From Octopus bimaculoides (Eukaryota): a DNA stretch of 64,000 nt. How positions within the stretch are numbered: position 1 is the stretch's first letter; the number at the start of each line of letters is the position of its first letter. This document shows positions 12,372 to 25,142 of this stretch, one piece after another. The notes under the pieces are model-generated. The model was not told the origin of the DNA. It saw only the letters and a list, made by a program, of their open reading frames with translations, and searched no databases. Both the position numbers and the translations under genes were made by a program. The stretch spans positions 11,883,420-11,947,419 of the forward strand of contig NC_068997.1 in NCBI RefSeq assembly GCF_001194135.2, in the 5' to 3' direction.

Positions 12372-14385
12372 AAAACAGAAAATGGAGAAATATTGATGAA
12401 CAACAATTGACTTACATCAATTATTATTTATTAATTCTATACAAATAGAATGCCTCCATCCTAACAGCTGTTTCTGCTTCCAATGTTGTATGGTATTGTC
12501 ATTGATATGCTAAAAATATTTATCGTGTTTGGTAATAAAACCGATTTGAGACATTGAGCTTCATCAGAGTGAAGAATGAATAAAAAAGGAAAAGCCTAGA
12601 GATGACAAACGGAAAAGTTGAATATGGCAACAATCATACCGTTTTGCTTCTATTATAGCTTTGGAACGTTACATAAATGACTAAACTTAAAATAGTATTT
12701 GGTGGATTAATCCTTTGTACGGTGGGAATAGGATTGATAAATAATAAGAAAATAAAAGATAATAGTGGGATACGCCAATACGTTTTAGTCGGGGAAAGGG
12801 TGGAGATAGAATAGGGTTTTTGATTAAACATAATAGTTTTTAATAATTCTGTTTATATTACTAATTAATAGTATTTATCATAATAAAATGCTAACCGATT
12901 AAATGTAATTTTTATTTAATGGGACGTGGTTAAACCCTACCACCTGTTTTCCGAAGTGAGATAGGCCAAGGTCCAACGTTCGATATAATTGGTCAGTTGA
13001 AATTTCGAAACAAATGACCAGCTATTGAAGCTCTTATACGGGGTAGGATAAATAAATGAATGGAAAAATGGTGTATGCTCTAAACGGCCTGAAAACACTC
13101 AGGACAGTATATACTAGATTAAAAAAATAAATATCATATAAAAATATTCAGAAAGAAACCTGTTTGGACATTTAGGAAATAAGACGGCTAGGGTGAACTA
13201 TTATAAACAATGAAAATAATTTATTCTGTAGGAAACTTAGGGAAATATTTATGGTTTAGGGGAGGTAATAACTAGGGTAACTGGTGATGTTATCGCTTCC
13301 CTTTTCTCTAGAAGTGCTTTTGTATTGTGCCTATGTAAGGGAATTTTGTCGTCATATTTGCCAAATTATTTTGACATCGTACGCGTTTTATTTTGAGATT
13401 ATCCTTCCTTTCGTCTTGTGTGTTAGTATGTATGTATATGTATATACATATGTATATACATATGTATATACATATGTATATACATATTCTTGCAATAAAG
13501 GTACGCATCACTATTTTCCAGTGAACGTGTGATTTTTTTCGTTACCATATTGAATGTGGGTAATTATTATTGCTGTGGCTCTCTGTTTAATTTTCTGGTA
13601 TTCATATATATCTGTAAACATTTGTTGAAAAATAAATACACGCACATCTGATTGCCTGTGGCTATTTGATTTTTCTTCAGGTTTTCTATGTACGAGTAGA
13701 TAATATTGGTGTGGCCCTTTGTCTTTTGTTTTCAGATCATCTTACAGGTGCATTTTTTTTTTATATTTACTCTCGTCTTGCACGTATCTACACATGCGCA
13801 CACCACACACATACTGATGTTCCTCTTGATAATCGATACTACTCAATAATGTCTTTGCTACTGACTCTCTCCCAACTCTTTCTCTGAACACAACTTCGCT
13901 TTTAATCTAGCACCAAGTTGTAGACAATCAAATCATTTCTGCAACTTTATCTAAAGATGTATCGAGTGTTATGTCATTAACAATGAAATATATTCTGATG
14001 TTCAATTTGCAAGATGATGATGTTAATAATTGCGTATTGCTATTGTATGTTCCAAACTTAATAAATTCCCCTCTTAACTATCAATCTTTAGGTATAAACA
14101 CACATCCGTTCATTTTTAAATGAAACTTAACAACAGATGCTACTTTGAAGTTGCTTTGATAAGTATTATTTCTATTAAAAGACATTTTATTACACCGAAG
14201 TGTGTTTCATAGCTTTTCTGTTATTTGCTACATTTTTATCGATATTTCCTATTGTAATATGCTTATCGTATTATGAATTATGGTTATTTTTATTCAAATT
14301 GTGGCTCTATGAGTTTTTATATCGTAAATAAACAGATCAAAGAATATTAGGAGATAACACTCTCATTTTCATACGATTTCTTTCC

Positions 14386-14417
<32 letters not shown>

Positions 14418-14575
14418 NNNNNNNNNNNNNNNNNNNNNNNNNNNNNNNNNNNNNNNNNNNNNNNNNNNNNNNNNNNNNNNNNNNNNNNNNNNNNNNNNNN
14501 NNNNNNNNNNNNNNNNNNNNNNNNNNNNNNNNNNNNNNNNNNNNNNNNNNNNNNNNNNNNNNNNNNNNNNNNNNN

Positions 14576-14610
<35 letters not shown>

Positions 14611-16166
14611 TGTGCCTGTATATACATAAATACATATATATATATACATACATATATACATGTGTACGTGTGTGCGCGACTATGTAAGCTGTATATCGCC
14701 TCATGAAAGCTCACATCCTCAAAGAGTTTCAAGCTAATGTCAGATTTTTCTTCACTAATTTTATTGGGCGAGCCGAAACAAATACTGCGCAAGCGTCTCT
14801 CTTAAAATAAATAATTTTGCCAGTAAAAATCTCTTGTTGGTTATTGTAAACACAACGAATGGTAAACCACTTTGTAGAGACATGATAGCCGTTCCTTGCT
14901 ACTGAAATGTCGCCAGCCATTTCAAATTAACAATTAACACTAAGCCTCGATCTGACAGATTGGATGTTACTAGGTTATGCGTCACGTATATTTAAAATAC
15001 AAGAGACATACTTTACCACAAAATACAGGCCAATAGTTTGCTTTAACTTTATGTATAATGTGTAGGCAGTTTACTTGGATGTGTTTCTCAAGCATTACTG
15101 CGAATGAAACAACGCGGTGAATTATGTGTGAGCAGCGGGTAAGAAAGAAGTGTGTAATTGTGCCAGGCAACTCCTTTTTAGCATTTTAATACACTGTAAT
15201 AATGCACTTTACTCTGCTCTTCACACGTATACACTAGAATCACTGCGTCATGAACATTTTCCATTTACGATAGTTTGTGCTTTTAAGAGATTGACAATAA
15301 AATATTGCACAGAACAATCGATATTAACGAAAGCTATAACTATGATCATTACCAGAAGTAGGTTACCTATGGGAATATTCCTGGGTATGAGCTGGTCAGT
15401 CACTCCTTTAGTTTATATTCTTTATTGCAAATGTTAACTGATATCATTTGTCAACGAAAAAAATGTCACCCATAACCTCTCTGTTGATAGCATAAGCTGT
15501 ATCCAAGTAATATTCATAACGTGAAACAGTTATAACTTGTTACAACAACCGGACGGGATATAGGAATGGACCTCGTTGAGAATAAATGCTCATAATTGTT
15601 AATCATACGAAAAATATTACATTGATAACAGAACAACTTGCATCCTGTAAGATTACATCCCATAATGCTTTCGTAGAACCAGTTGTTAGCGCCAACGTTT
15701 TGGGACACTTGAGTTTTCAGGAAATTGGGCATCATTATCAGAGTAAACGGATAGGTGAAGGTAGGCAAAGGTCGTTTCAGATTTTGAATACCGCATCCTA
15801 TAATTTAAAACATCTAAATAATTTATTGAACACCTCATGAGGAAACTAACACATCATATTTGTGCTCAACGGCGAAAATATTATCGTGGAATTGAGTGCA
15901 TCACGAGTGAATAGGCACGTCGAGAGTACACAGCAGTTGAGAGTGTACAAAGTATAGCTACGGAGTGATTAAGAGAAAATTGGAGAAGATGCTAATCATA
16001 TTAACAGAAAATACGGAGAGTAGCCTGTCCCGCAATCAAAAGGAAATTGTTAACATGTAAACATTATATGTTATAAATGTACCCTCGTAAATATAATTGC
16101 GCAGTAATATAACTAAGAGACAATATAAAAACATTTCATGGCAAGTCAAGTCAACAAGACTCTGAT

Positions 16167-16212
<46 letters not shown>

Positions 16213-16612
16213 NNNNNNNNNNNNNNNNNNNNNNNNNNNNNNNNNNNNNNNNNNNNNNNNNNNNNNNNNNNNNNNNNNNNNNNNNNNNNNNNNNNNNNNN
16301 NNNNNNNNNNNNNNNNNNNNNNNNNNNNNNNNNNNNNNNNNNNNNNNNNNNNNNNNNNNNNNNNNNNNNNNNNNNNNNNNNNNNNNNNNNNNNNNNNNNN
16401 NNNNNNNNNNNNNNNNNNNNNNNNNNNNNNNNNNNNNTATATATATATATATATATTACGTGTATGTATGTACAAACAAATGAAAAGAACTCGAAATATT
16501 ACTAATTATTATTTCTAGCAACAATTTAATTGTGAATCGTATTTCGTAGCACTCCACCATTAGTGGGAATGCTTTTCTCTGAGTAAGTAGGTTCCTGAGC
16601 TCCTAGCGAATA

Positions 16613-16963
16613 TTAATTACAATTGCATGCCGGGAAACGCTTGTTCTCAGTGACTGTTTCATGTCGTAAAATGGTTCACAGTTGCTCCTTGTCGATTGGA
16701 AGTTCTGCAGCTACATTTCTGGAAATAACGGATGCTGCTCTCGCAAATTTTCCATGTTCTGCAAAGTAGAGTGTTTTACTATCACCAGTATCTCTTGAAA
16801 TAAACGGGAGAAGGTCATGGATATTACTTGTTGCTGGACACCATGAGGCGTTGTCTTGGAAGTGTTGAAATCTCTCAGTGAGATGCTGGTATCATTCCAG
16901 GTTTTTCCTGGGTACTCCTGACAAAACATTTGTACGTGTATCCTCTATCCTAAAGATCCTGAC
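16613..16963 (-). pseudogene. Eroded coding-like segment, possibly non-LTR retrotransposon-derived
   Basis: 117-codon frame with only two internal TGA: VRIFRIEDTRTNVLSGVPRKNLE*YQHLTERFQHFQDNASWCPATSNIHDLLPFISRDTGDSKTLYFAEHGKFARAASVISRNVAAELPIDKEQL*TILRHE...; elevated GC. Confidence 0.35.
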
Positions 16964-17009
16964 TTATCCCAAATAAATTCCAATTATGACCGTTTCCATT
17001 TATATTGCC

Positions 17010-17078
17010 CTGAGTCGATTGAACCTGAGATCATTGTTTTGGGGAAACAAACTTCTACCACACATCCACGCGAAGCAT
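17010..17078 (-). mobile_element. SINE family 1 tRNA-like head fragment
   Basis: Reverse complement GCGTGGATGTGTGGTAGAAGTTTGTTTCCC...CAGGTTCAATCGAC with A/B-box-like motifs. Confidence 0.55.
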
Positions 17079-17491
17079 GTTTATATGTTATTGAAAAAAA
17101 ATTTCTTGAAGGGTGAATCTGCTATACTTAAATCTTTACAGCATTTGAGATAAAAAAGAATGTTTCAATTAAATCTACAATATTACAAGTATCCATTATA
17201 ACTATAAGCAAAATAGTATTAAGTATGTGTTTGCACACCCGACACCATTGACAATTAGACAGATGTGAATAATATTTCTCCACCCACACAGAAAAATAGA
17301 CTATTAATACAAAATGTATTCACACTGTTTGTTCTTCACAGCTCAGGGAATGAATAGCTATAGTATAACCGCATTCAATTTATCTATGATTATCTACTAC
17401 ACGCAGCTGTTGCATAAAATTATTGCACGTACAAACACACATGCACACAGGCACACACACACGCACAAGTATATGTATGCACGCGTGTATA

Positions 17492-17534
<43 letters not shown>

Positions 17535-18256
17535 NNNNNNNNNNAGAGAGAGAGAGACAGACAGACAGAGACAGAGCGACGTACATCTGTATGTGTACAT
17601 ATATATATAGAGATGTATATATAAATGCCTGTGTATGTGTGTATATGTAAATATGCATATATACAACTATATGCACAGTTATGCCTATGGATATATGTAA
17701 ATACACACACACACACACACGCACACACACAGAAATTACTACACAGGTATCAAAATATTGTTGTGTGAAAGGTGTGAAGCATCACATGCAGAACATTATA
17801 TCTTGTACCAAAATATTCACTGGTGGGTAAAGAGTAAATATTTTCCGTTTAATATCTATCTTAAATCTCATAAAAATTAGAGCGCATATCAAAATATTCA
17901 TAGATGTACTGAGAAGAGTTAGAAAGAATGTGAAGCATAAGTTTCAAACTGGAAATATAAACGTGTGCAAACTAGAAAGTCTTTTGTACATGTGACAAGG
18001 AAATGGAATACACTTCAATCCAACTCGCAAAATGAAGGCGGAGTAGATGCGTTCCTTCTTTTAAAGTTTTGTTGAAAAGTATAAATTTTACGACCAATGT
18101 GATACTTTTGATCCTCTATCATTTATGGGAAGTTATTTTGTTCAGACTGTAAGAGTCATCAAGCCTGGGAGATATCAGAAGCCTTCCATACACATTTGTT
18201 TGATTCAAAGGGCGTGAATGAAAAACGTAGACCAATTTGCTATCAAGAGGTATACA

Positions 18257-18402
18257 GACGCAGGTGTGGCAGTGGGGTAAGAATCTTGCTTCGGAAACAC
18301 TTGGTTCTGGGTTCATCCCCACTGCATGAAACCTTGGGCGAGTGTCTTCTATTATAGCCTCGAACCAACCAAAGCCCTGAGAGTGAATTCTAGACGGAAA
18401 TT
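18257..18402 (+). mobile_element. SINE family 1 5' half
   Basis: GACGCAGGTGTGGCAGTGGGGTAAG...GGGTTCATCCCCACTGC...CCTTGGGCGAGTGTCTTCTATTATAGCCTCG...AGACGGAAA. Confidence 0.8.
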
Positions 18403-18497
18403 ATTTTCTACTCTAGGCATAATGCCCGAAATTTTGATGGAGAGAGGTCAGTCGATATCAGATAACATCCTGAATTTTTGTTCGTTTAATCCTATAA

Positions 18498-18813
18498 GTG
18501 GGGGGGGGTAACTGGGTAGGATAGGGTTTTGGAGGTGCACGCTGGTAACTGTTTCGATGAGTTGCAATGTATATAAGATTTGGAGTCATCTGGCAGGCAG
18601 GTTGTTGGTTAGGTCGACTGTTACTCTGAAATTTGGACGGATATGGGAGTCGTACGTTCATTATATGGTGGGGGGGGGTAACTGGGTAGGATAGGGTTTT
18701 GGAGGTGCACGCTGGTAACTGTTTCGATGAGTTGCAATGTATATAAGATTTGGAGTCATCTGGCAGGCAGGTTGTTGGTTAGGTCGACTGTTACTCTGAA
18801 ATTTGGACGGATA
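18498..18813. repeat. Direct repeat, 146 bp identical at 170-bp period, running into a gap
   Basis: 18498-18643 identical to 18668-18813; N-run starts at 18814. Confidence 0.9.
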
Positions 18814-19085
18814 NNNNNNNNNNNNNNNNNNNNNNNNNNNNNNNNNNNNNNNNNNNNNNNNNNNNNNNNNNNNNNNNNNNNNNNNNNNNNNNNNNNNNNN
18901 NNNNNNNNNNNNNNNNNNNNNNNNNNNNNNNNNNNNNNNNNNNNNNNNNNNNNNNNNNNNNNNNNNNNNNNNNNNNNNNNNNNNNNNNNNNNNNNNNNNN
19001 NNNNNNNNNNNNNNNNNNNNNNNNNNNNNNNNNNNNNNNNNNNNNNNNNNNNNNNNNNNNNNNNNNNNNNNNNNNNNNNNNNNNN

Positions 19086-19140
<55 letters not shown>

Positions 19141-20216
19141 ACAACCTACACAGCAGTTATGCAGACCATAAAGACAGAAATTATAGGAAGAGCAGGAGTT
19201 TATTTGTTTCAATTCACTAAAGGCGTAAAGTGTTCGCCCTAAAACATACCGTTTATCTTTTTCTACAAGTATGTAAGACTTCACAATTATAACGTGGAGA
19301 AAACACTAGGGGGATAACTTCGTTATGACATATCACAAACAGATTCCGTTTCACATAGTTTTCTCAAGATATGAATATTATCTGAATTTTGTCTGAAAAA
19401 TTCGAATTATAATTCTGCTACAAGGTAAGTATTGAAAGCATTGACAAGCTGAGCATAATTTCAAATTTTCACTTCGAACAAATTAGCAGATATATATATA
19501 TATATATATATATATTAGTAACATTTAATGCTATTCAATTAGCCTATATTATCAGTGTAATAAAGATTGCACTCTCACATTCACACATGAAAACATATAC
19601 AATGAGACGGTCATACTTATATAAATATATATTTAAAAATTTACATGCTGTCGCAACTTGCATGTGACGTGTGCATAAGGCAATTGGTTTGAATTCATAT
19701 ATGCTAAAACGTATACTAAAATACGTAGAAATGCCAACTAGAACTGTGTTTGTTGTTAGCCTCCTTGTGCGAAGAGAATGCAGCATATTATAGAAGCATT
19801 GACTTACAGAGTGCATAGAAAATTATATTAAAAATCAATAATATCAAATCGTAAAATCGATATTATAAGCAAGTAAAATGAGAGACATTGCTGACATTTT
19901 TTCACGTATTTAACGGTCACGAATTGTAGGGACGCAAATATAAATGCGAAAAGATATAAGCACTGTGGAAATATTGTAAACAATTTCAGAGAAATCAAAA
20001 TCGAAGATATGCCAGATATGCGATTTCACTGAAATAATAAATTTTTCATAAGTGATTTTCAGTGAGTTTGGTGGCTTGTTTGAATATTTTCACCCTTATT
20101 TCTAGCATGCTGGTACTTAGTGTAGCCTCTATTGTAATTATTTATTAATTATAAAATTTCCTACACACTCACACACACAAACACATATATGTTTCTTTAT
20201 ATACATATATACATAT

Positions 20217-21265
20217 ATGCAAATCTTACAGGCTTATGGGATCCCTAAGAAGATAGTTGATGTGATATCACTGCTCTATACCAACACCAGAGCCCAATTC
20301 ATTACATTTGACGGGATGACGGAGTTCTTTGAGATACTGGCTTCAAAGTGCTTCAAAGTGCTTCAAAGTGACACATTGACACCCTCAATTTTTATCATTG
20401 TGGTGGTCTATTGTATGCGTCTTGCGTTGGAGAAACACCAGGACTCTGACTTTACTGTAGCGGCGACTCAGAATAGAATGGTCAAAGCTAAAAAGATATC
20501 AGATACCGAATTTGTTGATGACATTGTTCTGGTGAGAAATACGGTGAGTGAGGCAGAGAGATTGATACAAGCGGTGGAGGCTGTGTCGATGAGTGTGGGG
20601 CTGAAAACGAATGAAATTAAGACGAAGTATTCGATAAAGAACATCATGAAGCCAGAGAAGATAATGAACGTAGGTGGGAAGTCACTACAGTAGGTTGAGC
20701 AATTCCTGTATCTGGAAGCAAATATTGGGAACACAGAGGGGATATAGGTGAGAGGAAGAGTAAAGCTTGGACGGCATGCCACAGTTTGAGATCTGTATGG
20801 AAGTCGGACCTTCGTAAAGACCTGACGATCCGTCTCTTATATGCTGCAGTGGAGTCTGTGCTGTTGCACGGATCAGAGACTTGGACACTGACCCAGAAGC
20901 TCACTCAGAGGATGGACGGGTGCTACACGAGAATGTTGAGGATGGCTCTGATCATTAATCAGTATATACTGAGGATGAAGATCTCAGAGATGTACGAGAG
21001 CCTTCCAAGAGTTAACTTGAAAATAACACAGAGGAGACTGATGTTAGCTGGACGTGCTCACCATCATTGAGAGTTAATGCTGCACTCAGTGCTCCTGTAG
21101 CAAAGCCTGAACGGACACACTAGAACAGGGAGGCCGAGGCTGACATATGTCAATGCCCTAAGGACAAACACTGCTCTCTGGGAGACACAGAACATGGCAG
21201 CGATTGTGAAAGACAAAGACCCCTGGAGAGAACTCGTCCATGGAACTAGGAAGTTTTGCCCGCCC
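20217..21265 (+). mobile_element. 5'-truncated RTE-clade (RTE/RTE-X) LINE RT pseudogene
   Basis: ILQAYGIPKKIV..., VLQSDTL (GVLQGDTL), EFVDDIVL (YADD motif), QFLYL, AAVESVLLHGSETWTLT, GRPRLTY; followed by (CA)n and (GATA)n. Confidence 0.92.
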
Positions 21266-21301
21266 ATACACACACACACATACACACACACATACACACA
21301 C

Positions 21302-21359
<58 letters not shown>
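21302..21359. repeat. (GATA)n microsatellite
   Basis: Perfect tetranucleotide tract. Confidence 0.95.
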
Positions 21360-21616
21360 TTATGTATACATACTCATACACACGCACGCACACATACATA
21401 CACCCATACACACACATATATATATATATACATATACCTATATGAATATAGACATACACAGACATAGTCACACACACAGACACATGTATACATGTATACA
21501 CATACACACCGGTGTTCTAAGATAAATGCAGGAGCTCTCAGGCCATATAACTGTTTCGAAGCTTTCATCTTTCTTGTGGTTTCTGTTGATGTTTAAACGG
21601 TCATGAGTGCACATAA

Positions 21617-21669
21617 GATGAACGTACCTGATGCCGGTGGGCAATCTACCTGCATCAGGTGCGCTCATT
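21617..21669 (+). ncRNA. Pre-miRNA-like hairpin (candidate only)
   Basis: 22 base pairs (3 G-U) with two single mismatches and a 5-nt loop GCAAT; no known miRNA recognised. Confidence 0.25.
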
Positions 21670-23544
21670 AAATAGCTGAAAATTAGAAACAAATTATTTG
21701 ATCAATTTTAAAAGAACCGGTTTACTCTTCAAGGAACGAATCACTTATAAGATACAATAAATATGCTTTGATGTCATTCATTTAGAATTTTTGACGTTAA
21801 TTATCCTCAGGAGAAATACATTTTACTTCAAGCTTTGTGACACATACCTAACTTCTTTTTGAAGAAGTTCAGACATATTTCAAATAAAACGGTAAAAAAT
21901 CAGTGACAGGTCATTTCTCATTTTAAAATTCTGTTTGCAGATATTGCATGGGTCACAGTAAACATTTGATTAAAAACTATCGGTATAACGGCTATAGAAT
22001 GGTTTTGCATTGCAATAATATTGGCAACCTTTTCAAATGAAATACGTTTATCGATCATTAAATGGGGAAATTTTAACTAAAATAAAGCAACGTCACAACG
22101 TCTACTGACACACGGAGGGACAATTGCTACTTGGTAGCTATTTCGGACGGTATTGAAGAATTTCTCTTTTCCATTGGTGAAATAGATTTCAAATATTTAA
22201 TTTGTTATATAATTACAAGAAAATTGCGATCTTCTAATTAACAATTTTTATGATAATTAGAGAAATCATGTTATTCAGAGTTGATACATGACATCACCTG
22301 CTGCACTGTTCCTCAGTTGTACTACTATGGAAACATAGGAGGGAGCCATTCCTTCTCTGAGACTTGATCATTCAACGTACAGTTATGAAAGTCAGTCATT
22401 TTGTGAATGACTTGTTTCAGTTAAGTATATGAGTTCTGGTGAAAGACATCATTTGGGATAAATAATGGAGACGCTGAAATTAAAGTACAAGAAAATTTTA
22501 TTGAGAGATGAAATATCTGAAATAAGTTTAAATCATGATAAACATAATAAATCACAATAAACATAAATCTAGATAATTGTCTTCACTATGTTTGACAGAA
22601 ATCTCAATCAAACAGCAGCACCACACACTTTAGTCTTCATCGTATGTACTGGGAAATATTTCATCTTGGCAAAAGATAGAACATGCTGAAATTTATAATG
22701 AAATCTGAAATTAATTTTGTCATTCATTTAGAATTTCAATTTCTAAATATTGTGAGATTGTCTTCCATAAACTGTGGGGCAATGCAGAATGATGCATACA
22801 CTTTCAAGGGTTGATTTAATTGAGAAGACACGTTACGTTTGTACACAGATATCAGTTTTTCAAAATGTCATAAACCAATATTTTCTTAAAGAATAATTTC
22901 TATATCTACTACTACGAAACCAGAAACTGGTTTCATAAAATTTTCTGTTCCAATAGAGAATTGCATTTTAATGAATAAATCATATTGTGATAAGAGTAAC
23001 CAATTCATCTTCATGTTGTGTCTTTTATCTCATTTTACAAGAAAAATTGATGCTAATCTAATTACAATTAGACGGGTTATTTATCTATATTTACAAAGTG
23101 ATTAACTTTAGTCCAATTAGTATAAGGTATGAGAGAATTCAAAAGGGAAAAGGTGAATTGATTGATCGCTTCAAGTTTTTATCGATTTGAAGGAACCTTT
23201 GACTCTATAGGTTTATGGTGTTAATGAAATATAAATATATTTGTATGAACGTTTGTTTTCAAACTAATTTTCTGCAATTTATATATAATAGAATTTTTCT
23301 CAAAATTTATCTTCATAATTAACATTCGTACAACTGTACGTCTTCGAAAGACGAAGAATTTCAAAAGAATTTGTTTATCTAATCGGTTTTCCTACTGAAG
23401 TTCTACGCTTGTGAAATATTCCATACTCCTTGTCAAAAAAGAAAGCTGATAAAGTCTGAGACGGCGCCAAACGAATTAAACCTCATAGTACAATACATTG
23501 TCATGAAAATTCTTCCGTTTGTCCTGTGTGAAATATCTAAAGAA

Positions 23545-23755
23545 TCGGCAGAATAGTTAGCACACCAGGCGAAATGCTTAGCGGTATTTCGTCTACCGTT
23601 ATGTTCTGAGTTCAAACACCACCGAGGCCGACTTTGCCTTTCATCCTTTCGGGGTCGATTAAATAAGTACCAGTTACGCACTGGGGTCGGTGTAATCGAC
23701 TTAAACACTTTGTTTGTCCCCTCTATATTTAGCCCCTGTTGGCAATACAGAATTA
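23545..23755 (+). mobile_element. tRNA-headed SINE family 2, near full length
   Basis: B-box GAGTTCAAAC; central CTTTCATCCTTTCGGGGTCGAT.AAATAAGTACCAG (Meta/MESC-like domain, by recollection); CTGGGGTCG.TGTAATCGAC. Confidence 0.85.
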
Positions 23756-24115
23756 AGTTAAATATATCTGCAGATGTTATCACTATTATTATAGATATAT
23801 TTAAGATTTCTAACTTAAGAATGGTGTAGAGTACCGTCTAGTGATCAAGAAATACATACTTCTCAATGCATTTTTGATGGTTGTTGCTTCAAGTAAATCA
23901 AATTCATAATAAAAGAATACCAAAAGATAGAATTACTTCGTAATTTGATAGATACGGAGAAAATTGGCAACATTTGCGTGGTAGAATTCTGAACATATTT
24001 GCGCTGACTATCTTGACAATGGTGACTTTTCTGGATATTAATATCGTTTATCACTAGAAAGGAGATTGAAAAGTCCCAATACCCATTTGAATCGCATTAT
24101 AATTACAAATAAAAC

Positions 24116-24117
24116 TG

Positions 24118-24169
<52 letters not shown>

Positions 24170-24192
24170 GTAGTAGTAGTAGNNNNNNNNNN

Positions 24193-24246
<54 letters not shown>

Positions 24247-24260
24247 CAGTAGCAGCAGTA
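24116..24260. repeat. Compound (ATT)n-(AGT)n-(AGC) microsatellite with small gap
   Basis: Direct reading. Confidence 0.9.
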
Positions 24261-25067
24261 TTTATGGTCTCCTTTCATTATAACATTATTTCAGCTACCT
24301 TAGTATTACCAAGGCCAAGAGTAGCAAGGGCAATTTTGTTTTGCTATGCATCCTAAATATAACTGAGATCGTAACGTGATGGTAACGGAGATTGGAGTTA
24401 CCAGCTGAATATTACTCATCAGCTCCCTCCTTTATCATTCCAAACTATGGTCCTCTGCTGAAGAATTTAGCATTAGAATAGAGATAGTTTTAACTGACAG
24501 TGCATTTTTAAGTTGCTGCCAACCCATATTCGTCGAAACAATCAGCATGAAGTACCATAAAAAATAAAATATGATATTATGGGTGGCTGGTTCGCACATT
24601 TCGCTAAAGTAACACGATAATATTTGAAGTCAGTTTAAGCTAATTAAAAAATGCTCTCGCACTCCAATTACAAAATTTTTAATTAATTTCAGTTATAATC
24701 TTTTAATGAAGATTATTAATTTTATCCAGATATTGAATCTCATCCATTTTCTTTTTTTTCCCGTAATTAAACGCCAGAGAACGGTTAAGGTATCCAATAC
24801 AATGCTGCCAGAAGGTGACAAATTTTCGGAATGTTTTCGCAAAAAGTATCAGATAATATGGAGATAGCGAATACACCGGAGACGCGGTGGCAGCGGTGGT
24901 GACACCAAGGATTGGTGGGACCAGGACCAAGGAGTGGTGGTGGTGGCGGCGATGGTACTCATGGTGATGTTTATCACTGCTACAAATTTAATAAAGGAAA
25001 TCTAATTCAACCCGCTTTATCTGTTTTCCTTTCATTTTCAATTAGATCGGATCTAGCTTTGCTTTAG

Positions 25068-25142
25068 CCAACGACTGAAACGAGATGTGGCTGCTATATC
25101 CAGATACTCATACAGCGAGGTAGATTAGTTGACTCGTTTGAA
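25068..25142 (+). other. Candidate 75-nt internal exon
   Basis: TTGCTTTAG acceptor (alternative AG at 25044-25045 after a pyrimidine tract); GAA/GTAAGT donor; phase-0 frame open: PTTETRCGCYIQILIQRGRLVDSFE. Confidence 0.2.

Noticed and set aside
12538-12575. CTGATGA-containing hammerhead candidate on the minus strand
   Set aside because: GAAA is absent and neither stem I nor stem II pairs.
15690-15725. CTGAAAA...AAAACGTT hammerhead-like spacing on the minus strand
   Set aside because: G8 and G12 are missing and there is no stem II; too degenerate to support.
24870-24970. GC-rich Gly/Val-rich stretch
   Set aside because: Degenerate (GGT)n simple repeat.
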